Origin: a virus
Taxonomy: Duplodnaviria > Caudoviricetes
Strand: one strand, 5' to 3'
IMG/VR virus record: IMGVR_UViG_3300014720_000151
Coordinates: 1-27,163 of that record
Length of the DNA stretch: 27,163 nt
The notes under the pieces are model-generated. The model searched no databases, was not told the DNA's origin, and was given only the letters and a program-made list of their open reading frames with translations. Made by a program: the position numbers and the translations under genes. Positions 8,153 to 18,300 of the stretch are shown here, piece by piece. The number at the start of each line of letters is the position of its first letter. Position 1 is the stretch's first letter.

Positions 8153-11100
8153 GTGGCCAAAGAACAAGAAGTAAAACTTGAAGCAGAACTCAAAAAATTG
8201 ATGCAACAACGTGTTGATTTGGAAAAACAAGTTGTTGAACAGAAAGCCAAAATGGATTCTGCTGAAAAGAAATCAATCGAAAACATAAAAAAACTTATAT
8301 CATTAGAAGCAGTTCTCATGGATTCCGTAGAGAAAGAAGAAGAAGTGCGCAAAAAAATAGAGAAAATTGAAAAGGATTCAGAGGATAGAACCAAAAAGGC
8401 AGAGAAGTTTCAAAAAGAAACAACAGATAGAACTACAAAACAATTTGAAAAAGAAGAAAAAATAAGCGATGCCAAGAAAAAAAGATTAGAGGTTGAAGAT
8501 AAATCACGTAATCTTGCCAATCAACAAAAGAAGGCCTATGTAGATATAGGTTCCCAAATAGGTATAATGGGTGATAAATCAAAAAAATATGCTCAAACAT
8601 TGGAACAGGGTAATGCGGTAAACATTCAGTCTGCGGATTATTGGGATAAAATTGGAAACTCAATAAAAGATGGGTATAATACAAGTACAGCATTTACTTC
8701 AAATCTTGATGATATGAGAAACATAAATAGTGATGTTACAAGGTTATATCAAGATTCAGTTGCACAAACCGGTTTAATAGAAAAGGGACAGGCAAAAATA
8801 GTAGATACAGATAAAGCCAGACAAGAACTTGCATTAAAACGATATGGGATTGAAAATAATTTATTGGGATTGAGTGCTGCAGACCAAGCCACATTGATGA
8901 AGGGTATTAAATTAGAAGAACAAAGACTTAATACAATAGAAGCACAAAATAAAGTAATAGAAAAACAGAATGCAAATCTTCAAATGATAGAGGGGATAGG
9001 ATCTAAGTTAGGCACATCCATGTCCGGATGGGTTAAAAATCTTCCAGGCGGTGAACAAATTACTAAAATTCTTGGTATAGATAAAACTGCAGATAATATG
9101 AACAAATCATTTACTGCTGCTATACAAAATGGACTCAAAGGTAATTTCAAAGATGCATTCAAAGAAGGTGCTAAGGGATTAGGTAGTATGATTGCCATGG
9201 GACCAAAGTTGGTTGCAGGTATGGGGTTGGGTGTATTGACGGGTGGAGTTGGATTATTAGTTGGTGGATTGAAAAAAGCATTTGGTGTGTTGATGGAAAT
9301 TGATGGTGAAGTATCACAGATGGGTAAAGATTTTGCTATGAGCAAAGATGAAGCCCGTGAGTTGTATAAGAACACCGCAAGAATATCAAACGAAATGAAA
9401 ATTACTGGAATAAATTCCAAAGAAATTGCAGTTGGTATACAAGCCGCTTCCGATGCATTCAATGGTATGGATGTTGCCGGTATGATAAATGCTGGTAATA
9501 AAGAGATGGAAGCATTTGCTAAACAAGCAACAGTTCTTACTAAACAATTCGGATTATCTAGTCAAGAAGTTGGTAAATTAAAAGACTTGTCTATAATCAC
9601 CGGAACTTCAATGGATAATCTTGTAAAGGATGCAGTTGGAGTCGGTAAAGGTGTAATGAATGCAAAAGAAGCAATGAAAACTCTTGCGAGTGTTCCAAAA
9701 GAAGTTGCTGTTGCATTTAAGGGTACAACGAAAGAACTTGCTGCTGCCGCTATGAAAGCAAAGATGTTGGGTATGGATCTTAAAAAGGTAAAAGATATTG
9801 GTAGAGGTATGCTTGATTTGGAATCATCGCTAACTGCAGAGATGGAGGCACAGGCATTAACCGGTAAAAATTTACAATTGGATGCCGCTAGAAGATATGC
9901 AATGGAAGGTGACATATACAATCTTCAAGAAGAATTATTAAATCAAGCCGGTTCACTTGAAGAATTTTCGGGAATGAATGCTATACAACAAGAAGCAATG
10001 GCAAAAGCAATGGGTATGTCTGTTGAAGAAATGACAGAAATGCTTACAAATGCTGAGAAATTAAAAGAAGCAAAGATAGATGCAACGATGGCAGAAAATC
10101 TTTCAAAGATGAATGCAAAAGAACTTTCTGAGGCATCAAAAAGTGCGGCAAACGATCAACAGAAGGCATACATAGAAAAATTGGCAGCTGAAAAACGTTC
10201 TGCAAGTTTACAAGAAGCAATGGCTGATGCGGTTGAAAAGTTAAAACAAAAGTTTGCACCAGTTATTGATGCTGTTCTTGAAATGGTTGGCGGTCTCGAA
10301 GAAGGCGGTGATAAAGTTTCTATATTCCAAGAGATGATTGATAGTATAGATATGGATGCAATTGCTGCTGGAGTTAAAGAAGCTCTGCCAAAAGTATTGG
10401 AGGCAGTAAAGGGTTTGATTAAAAGTCTTCCAAAAATAATAGAGATGGTTTCAGGTTTAATAAGTAAATTTAGTGGTATCGCCGGTGCAGCTGGTGGATT
10501 CCTTGATATTTTAGGACCAACAACTGCAGGTTTGGGAGCAATGGCATTAAAAGTTGCAGGTCCAGGTGGTATAGCAACCGGATTCAAATTTGCAGCTAAA
10601 GGTGCTAGTGGATTATTTGATATAGTAAAAGGTCCACTCATGGATGGTGTGAAAGGACTAGCCGGTTCAGTTAGTGGAAAATTAGGTGGAGCATTCGGTG
10701 CAGTAACGGATAAAGCCGGTAAACTCGGTGGTAAGTTGGGTGGTATGGCGAGTAAATTAAAAGGTAGTGCTGGTGGTGGTGCTAAGGCAGTGAAGATGCC
10801 GGGTGCTAAAGCCGGTGGCGGTGGCGGAATGTTAAAAAGTCTAAATAATGCAGTTAAAGGAATGGACACCAAAAAAATGATGCAAGGTGCTGCTGCTATA
10901 CTAATTCTTGCTGCTGCTCTTTATGTGACTGCAAAGGCAATTCAAGAATTTATGAAAGTTGATTGGGCAGGTATGGCAAAAGCTGGTGTTGCTCTTTTAG
11001 GTCTTGCCGCTATTGCTTATTTAATGGGTTCTGCCAGTGCAAATATGATATTGGGTGCAGCTGCTATGTTAGTTCTTGGTGCCGCTCTTTATGTAATAGG

Positions 11101-12304
11101 TGCAGGTTTACAATACTTTACAAGTATCAGTTGGGAAGATTTGGCAAAAGCTGGTGTTGCACTTGTTGGATTTTCTGCAGTTGCAGTTGGTTTAGGGATG
11201 GCTGCTCCATTTATTGCTCTTGGTGCCGCTGCTATGATTGTATTAGGTGCAGGTGCTTATGCATTTGGCGCTGGTATGAATGAAATAGTGCGTGCCATTT
11301 CGGAATTACAAAAAATTGGAGATTTGTCAAAAGTTGGAGAAAGTTTAGGTAAAGGAATGGAATCTTTGGGTTCTGTTTCCGATAAAATAGATTTAAGTAA
11401 ACTTGAAGATTCGTTTGAAGATTTGGATGATGCCCTTGAAGAATTAGATTTTGAACAACTTGCTGCGTTTGGACAATTAGGAAATTCTGCCCTAAAAGGT
11501 GCTGGTGAAAACCTTGTTGGTGGTATAAATTCACTGATGGGTATAAATCAAGGAATCAATTGGGGCGGGCTTGAAGATACATTTGATGGTCTTGAAGATG
11601 CTCTTGATGAATTGGATTTGGAAGGAATACAGGCATTTGCCAAATTAGGTGAAGAAGGTATTACAAAAGCTGGTGCAAATTTAATTGCTGGATTAAGTTC
11701 ATTTCAGGCAATTGATCCAAAAGCTGCTGTTGCTGCTATTGCTCCACTGGAAAGTGTTTTTGATGCAATGGATGATGCATTTGAAGAATTGGATTATGAA
11801 GACTTGGATGCATTTGGTAAAATAGATTTTAGTAAAATTGCTGCTAATACTGCGGGAATAGCACAATTTGCACAGGCACTTGGAAACATATCAAGTGTAT
11901 CTGGTATTGATAAATTGGAAGAACAATTCTCAAAACTTTCAGAAGCAATTGATGATTTGGACATTGATAAATTAAACGAACTTTCTGGAATAAAACCAGA
12001 GGCAATGGGTAATTTAGGAAAACTACAATCCGTATTCCAACCATCACAGAAAATAGAAAGTAGTGAGGCGGCTCCAGCCGCAGCAGGTGGTGCCGGTGGT
12101 GCAGGTGGACCTGCCGGTGGCGGCGGTGGTGCAGGTATGAGTGGTGTTGAGGGTAAATTGGATCAACTCATAGGGTTATTCAGTAGTATTGCAGGTCAGC
12201 CAACTGTTATTAAGTTTGGTGATAGATTTGTTGAAGAAATACGTTCAACATTAGACATTAAGAAGTCATACAATGTTCAGAACACATTTGGTCGTCAAGC
12301 ATAA
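8153..12304 (+). CDS. Tail tape measure protein
   Basis: 1383 aa, GTG start, after the chaperone pair. Charged coiled-coil N-terminus, Ala/Gly/Met-rich helical body, hydrophobic TM-like segments and 56-aa periodic repeats. Confidence 0.88.
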   Translation: MAKEQEVKLEAELKKLMQQRVDLEKQVVEQKAKMDSAEKKSIENIKKLISLEAVLMDSVEKEEEVRKKIEKIEKDSEDRTKKAEKFQKETTDRTTKQFEKEEKISDAKKKRLEVEDKSRNLANQQKKAYVDIGSQIGIMGDKSKKYAQTLEQGNAVNIQSADYWDKIGNSIKDGYNTSTAFTSNLDDMRNINSDVTRLYQDSVAQTGLIEKGQAKIVDTDKARQELALKRYGIENNLLGLSAADQATLMKGIKLEEQRLNTIEAQNKVIEKQNANLQMIEGIGSKLGTSMSGWVKNLPGGEQITKILGIDKTADNMNKSFTAAIQNGLKGNFKDAFKEGAKGLGSMIAMGPKLVAGMGLGVLTGGVGLLVGGLKKAFGVLMEIDGEVSQMGKDFAMSKDEARELYKNTARISNEMKITGINSKEIAVGIQAASDAFNGMDVAGMINAGNKEMEAFAKQATVLTKQFGLSSQEVGKLKDLSIITGTSMDNLVKDAVGVGKGVMNAKEAMKTLASVPKEVAVAFKGTTKELAAAAMKAKMLGMDLKKVKDIGRGMLDLESSLTAEMEAQALTGKNLQLDAARRYAMEGDIYNLQEELLNQAGSLEEFSGMNAIQQEAMAKAMGMSVEEMTEMLTNAEKLKEAKIDATMAENLSKMNAKELSEASKSAANDQQKAYIEKLAAEKRSASLQEAMADAVEKLKQKFAPVIDAVLEMVGGLEEGGDKVSIFQEMIDSIDMDAIAAGVKEALPKVLEAVKGLIKSLPKIIEMVSGLISKFSGIAGAAGGFLDILGPTTAGLGAMALKVAGPGGIATGFKFAAKGASGLFDIVKGPLMDGVKGLAGSVSGKLGGAFGAVTDKAGKLGGKLGGMASKLKGSAGGGAKAVKMPGAKAGGGGGMLKSLNNAVKGMDTKKMMQGAAAILILAAALYVTAKAIQEFMKVDWAGMAKAGVALLGLAAIAYLMGSASANMILGAAAMLVLGAALYVIGAGLQYFTSISWEDLAKAGVALVGFSAVAVGLGMAAPFIALGAAAMIVLGAGAYAFGAGMNEIVRAISELQKIGDLSKVGESLGKGMESLGSVSDKIDLSKLEDSFEDLDDALEELDFEQLAAFGQLGNSALKGAGENLVGGINSLMGINQGINWGGLEDTFDGLEDALDELDLEGIQAFAKLGEEGITKAGANLIAGLSSFQAIDPKAAVAAIAPLESVFDAMDDAFEELDYEDLDAFGKIDFSKIAANTAGIAQFAQALGNISSVSGIDKLEEQFSKLSEAIDDLDIDKLNELSGIKPEAMGNLGKLQSVFQPSQKIESSEAAPAAAGGAGGAGGPAGGGGGAGMSGVEGKLDQLIGLFSSIAGQPTVIKFGDRFVEEIRSTLDIKKSYNVQNTFGRQA
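10886..11990 (+). repeat. 56-59-aa periodic repeats in the tape measure protein
   Basis: GAAA(I/M)xxL motifs start at 10886, 11054 and 11222 (168-nt period). LExxFxxLxDAxxELD-like motifs start at 11402, 11570, 11747 and 11915. Confidence 0.75.
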
Positions 12305-12321
12305 TAAAATGATATAGCTTG

Positions 12322-12329
12322 ATATTTAT
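12322..12329 (+). promoter_or_regulatory. ATATTTAT element (putative late promoter)
   Basis: Intergenic, before the 2496-aa gene. Confidence 0.7.
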
Positions 12330-12356
12330 TATCGAATTAAAAAGGATATGTAAATA

Positions 12357-15300
12357 ATGGCATTAGTAGACTTAAAATCTGATTTATCAAAATATAGATC
12401 CGAGGTTTCAAAGGAGGGCAAAAGTTCTCCTGATGCTTCATCTGCTACTAGTGACAAAAATTTTGCAACCAATCAACCAATCACGGATAAACTTTACAAA
12501 GAAGTTCCAAATATAAAAAAACCAAAAGTTGTTTCTCTAACAAGTAGATTGGGTAAAACAAAATTAGATGACATAAAAAAACCTAAACCAAGAGATATTA
12601 CAAAAAAATTAGGAACAACTGAATTAGATAATACAAAAAAACCAAACAAAATTGATTTAGTTGGAAAATTAGAATCATCAAAATTTGATGATATTGTTAT
12701 CCCTTCCGATAAAAGAGTTGAATTGCAAGATAGATTATCGTCTACAAAATTAGATGATATAGTTCAAACTCCTGTTGAAAACCTATTGATAAATAGTGTT
12801 TCATCATTATCACCATCAGTTAGTGATTCAAGATTACCTTTGGCATCTGGAATTGGTTTAGATCAAATAGAATCGAAGTTTTCAAAAATATCACAAACAA
12901 GATTTCAAAGTAGACTTGCAGAATCCGATGTTGAAATAAATCCAACAACTCCTGGACAAAATAATAATAGATCTGATACTGATATAAACAGACCTCCACA
13001 AACATTCGATAGAGAAGATAGTTCTCCTGATATATCAAGAAATATAAATGATGCGGTTGATAATGTGACTGATCCTGGAATAGTAATAAATGTTTCACCA
13101 CAATCATTTGATAGAACAGACCAAGCAGTTGCAATCAACACCGATGTATTATCGCCTATTGGTAACATAACAAATCCTTTAATTCAAATAACAAGACCAC
13201 CACAATTTTTTGATAGAACAGAAAATTTAGTTGAAATTACAAAAAATATAAATGATGCGGTAGATAATATAATAATTCCAGAAATAGAACCAATAATACC
13301 GCCGTTGAGTTTTAGTAGACAAGAACAATCTCCAAATATAATAACCGATACTATAAAGGAAGGTCTTGTTGTAAATCCTGATGTTACTGTTTTAAGACTT
13401 GATCAAGGCACTATTCATACCAACGATGGTAGTGAATTTAATATAGATGGAACACCAATAAAATTTATTGGAACATCAGAACTTGAAAAAATGATTGAAG
13501 TGGATGACAAGGGTCCAATTAGATATTCAGGTACAACTATACATGATACAGATAGAAGTCAATTAAATTTAGACGGTATAACACCCACATTTCCAGGTGG
13601 TAGATATGACAGAACAGTAAATTCATTGTATTCTATTCTTGGATTACAAGAAGTTAATTTCTTTTCAAATCAATTTGCAATTGGATTTAATCAAAGACAA
13701 CAACTTGGTGATAGTAAATATATTGGATTCTCACAATTTGTTTGGATAGGCGGTTCTGATGATGGACCATTTACGAATGCTTTTGTTGATACTAATGGTA
13801 GAGGTTTTCAAACTTTTGTTGATCCGGCAGAATCTTTGTATCAACCAAATTCTTCTCAATTTGATTTTACAAAAATAACTGGTGTAAATTTCTTTGATGG
13901 GAATAATAACAATACTCTTGGTGGATTTACAGTATTCACACAACCACAAATAACGGAATATAAAACCGAAACATCATTTTTAGGTTGGCAAGGAAATAGA
14001 TTGGGTGCACCGGCAGTAAATTACTTTGATAATATATTCTTGAATACATCAAAAGGTTTCACTAAATTTGCAGAGTTAGGTCAATCTGATTATATTCCAG
14101 ATTCGTCTATATTCGATTATGATGGAAACAAACAACAAGCTCCTTCTGTTAATTATTTTGATCAAGCCGGTGTAAATTCAAATATGGGTTTCCATAACTT
14201 TGCCGGTTTTATGGATTCAAAATATGTTCAAGATTCATCGCAATATGTTTGGGTAGGAAATTCAACTGAAAATGCGCCTGCTGTTGATTATTTGGATCAA
14301 TTCAAACAATTTACAAACACAGGATTTCATGTGTTTGCACAAAAGTATGATACAAAATATGTAAAAAATTCATCTGAATTTATTTGGGATGGTAATAGAC
14401 AAGATGCACCGGCTGTAAACTATTTTGATTTAACAACAAAGAAAACATTTGACGGATTTAATACATTTGCTCAGCCGTATGAATCATTATATGTTCCAGA
14501 TTCATCACGTTTCACATGGGTTGGAACAAGAGATGACGCTCCATTTGTTAATTATCTTGACATACTATCTGCAAATACTCTATCTGGATTTGATATATTT
14601 ACACCATTCTTGGAAACAAAATATAAAAATGAATCTTCAACTTATACTTGGAATCAAAATAGACAAGATGCTCCTATTGTAAATTATTTTGATATACAGA
14701 ATCAATATGTCAATAGTGGATTTGATAAATTCCATGCATTACATGATACCAGATATGTAAAGGATTCGTCTCAATTTGATTTTGATGGAAACAAACAACA
14801 GGCACCGGCAGTAAATTACTTTGACCTTATTGGTAAATTTACATCGGTTGGATTTCATACATTTCCTGTTTTCAAAGAAAGTAAATACATTAAGGATTCT
14901 TCTGAATTTGATTGGAATGGATCTAGAATAGATGCACCCGCTATAAACTATTTTGATTTACAAGGAACACACACTACTACCGGTTTTTACACTTTTGCTT
15001 CAGAGTTTGATTCTAAATACATAAAAGAATCTTCCAGATTTGATTGGGATGGTGCAAGAAATGCCGCTCCTGCTGTTAATTATTTTGATTTACCAGAAAA
15101 GTTTACTAAAACAGGATTTCATACGTTTGCTGCATTAAGAGATTCAAAATATATTGCAGAATCTTCTGAATTTGATTGGGATGGTAAACGTGGTGATTCT
15201 CCGGAAGTGAACTTTTTTGATATTCGTAAGAGAGTAACTACTGCAGGTTTCCATAGACTTGCAGAAATATATGATACAAAGTATGTTCCAGAAATATCTA

Positions 15301-18300
15301 TATTTGATTGGGATGGTAGTCGTGATGAATCACCACAAGTAAATTATTTCGATTTAAGAGGAAAGTTTACAAAAATAGGTTTCCATAGACTTGCAGAAAT
15401 ATACGATAGCAAATATGTAAAAGATTCATCGGAATTTACATTTATAGGAAAATTTCCAAAAGCAGGAACAGATTATTTTGATAAAGAAAAATTAAATCAA
15501 ACAGGATTTACTCTAAACATACAACCTAAAGGAAAAAGTAAACCAGCTGGAACCGAGTATTTCCATGAGAGTTCATTCTATACATTCAAAGGTGGAAGAC
15601 CGGGTAACCCATTGGAATCAGTAATTGATTTCTTTGCAAATACGAATCAATCCGGTTTTACTATGGATATAAAAAGAAACGAAGGTTTACCTCCAACTGA
15701 ATATGTGGCTGAATCTTCAAGGTTCGATTTCGATGGTAGTAGACCAAAACCACAAAGTTTCTTTCCAGATAGTAACCAAAGTGGTTTCACTTTGGATATT
15801 ATGGCAAAAGGTAGCAGTAGACCTGGCACAGAATATAAAACCGAATCATCTATATTTGATTTTGATGGTGGAAGACCGGCTAAACAAAGTTTCTTTCCAG
15901 ATGATAACCAAGGTGGTTTTACAATTGATATTATGCCAAAGGGTGCAGGTAATCCAGATACAGAATATGTAAATGAATCTTCACGATTTGGTTTTGCAGG
16001 ATTAAGACCATCTGGTATAAATTATTTTCCAGATGATAACCAAACTGGATTTTCAATTGATATAATGAGAAAAGGTAGTGGTAGACCACTAACTGAATAC
16101 TCAACTGAATCTTCCGGTTTTGCTTGGAAGGGATCTAGAACCGGTGCACCAAGTAATAATTACTTTGGTTTATACAGAACACCAACCGGTAAACAATATC
16201 TTGATGTACAACAGAAAAATAATACAACACAAGCCGGTAGGGGTTTCCAAACATTCTATACGGATAAAACTGTAACAAATTATCAATCTGGATATTCAAT
16301 ACACTCAACTGAAAGTGGTAATAACAAAGTTAAATTTGGTGGATTGAATACTCCAGTTACAAACTTCTTTGGTTTTTCACCATTAAAGAGAGATGGTTTC
16401 TTACCAAAGATGACAACTAATGATGGAACTCTTTATCCAATAATAAATCCAACACTAACATATAATTTAGATGATGGTGGAAGACTTGCAGTTTCAAATG
16501 CTCGTGCATCTGCAGGAGTAACAACTGTTAAAGGTGAAGAATTTGCACCGTTATCTTTGGGTAAACGCCCTTGGACACAACCGGGAACTCTTGCTTCTTT
16601 GGAGAATCAAGTTCCAAACATAACAATAAACGATTCAACACATCCCTATTATGTATCAAGTAGGGCAGTATTGCCAAAAACTGCAGGTGCTTACAATAAA
16701 AAATACGAAAGAACTATGCGGGATAATAGACAAATCAACGGAAGTTATTTGTATGGTCTTTCAGAAAATGTTGGTCAATTGAATTTACAATACAAAAAGT
16801 TTCAGTTACAACCAAATTCTTATGCATCAAATGGATTCAGACAGGATCCGTATATTCTTCGTGGTATTCAAGTAAAAGATTCTGTTAAAAATGAACTATG
16901 GGGTAATAAACGATTTACTAGTGGATCCGTAGAATTTCTTGCAAAGGGTGGATATTCTGATGAATTTGGAAATGTTAATGAAGTAGATGTGCAAAGAATT
17001 GATAAGTGGTTACAAAGTCCAAGAGGATTAAAATGGCAGACATTACAAAAACAATTGTATGATAATAACGCTTTGGTAGATACACTCAATGGCTGGGATG
17101 AACCATCCACATTGGATTCTCCTACGGCAAAAACAAGAATGTATAATACCACATCATTGCTTGATTCAATACGCGATAATACATTCAGAGGTCGCACTAT
17201 TCGTATTCGTCATGGTGACAAACCAAATGCTGATGATCCAGATGACTTCGATTACTACGAAAGAGTTGTTAAAAAAATGAATCCGTCTAGCACCAGTGAG
17301 TTTGGTAATAAATCAGATGTCATGGATTTCCCAAGAGAATCATCAAGCAGTGGAACTATGTTATCGTCTGCAATAAAAACTGCTAGAAATGTGTATTCTG
17401 TTTACAAATATAATAGATTGATTGCTCTGTTATCGGAATTGATACCGTCTGCCTTTGTTCCTATAAACTCAAAACTTCCGGCCGCAATATCCGATGCGTA
17501 TAAAAACAGAGGATCGGAAATCTCCCGATTGAGTGGAAAGGGAGGACCTAATTCTGGAACAGATTCAAATGCCATCACAGTAATCAATAGAGCAAGTCAT
17601 CCGTTTATGATTCACTATAATACATCTGGTATTTTACCGGAGACATATCCATCAACTGCAAAAAGAGAAACTTGGTTTGGACCAAAAACAAAAACTGGTG
17701 ATTCTGCTGAAGATGCAACCGGAACAAACAACACATACTCTGGAAGATTAGAAAAACAATTTAGAGATTCAACAAATACATTTGATGGTGTAATAACTGC
17801 ACTATCTTATCTATTAAGTGGTTCATTCTTAAAAGGAAAGGAATCACAGGAATACCCGGGTGGAAAAGATAATCCTGAAAATTTTGCATATGTTCAACAA
17901 AGCACATATAGATTACTTCAACAGAAAGAACCATTTACACCAAAACCTATTGCTTTTATTGATAGAACGCGAGCAAACATTGCAGGTGATGTGGACATTC
18001 CATCAACACTGCCCATAAAGTTACCAGATGTTTTGACACAAACACCAAGCGGGGAAACACAGGCAGACGCACCAATTAAACAATATGCTGCTGTTGCTTA
18101 CGGCAAACTTAAAAAAATTCCACGTGGTGATGCAAACCGTTCGCATGACTATAATGATTTTAGACATGATATTGAATGGGGTGATAAGAAAAAAACATTC
18201 TCTACTGATCCAGCTGTAATAGATTACAAAACAAATAATTTAGAAGATAAATTTGGTTTTGGTAATCCTGGAAAAGTTGGTGCAGATAGAAGTAAACCAT

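Noticed and set aside
13653-16166. CRISPR array
   Set aside because: The 132-nt period is an in-frame protein repeat with wobble-position variation, not identical repeats with unique spacers.
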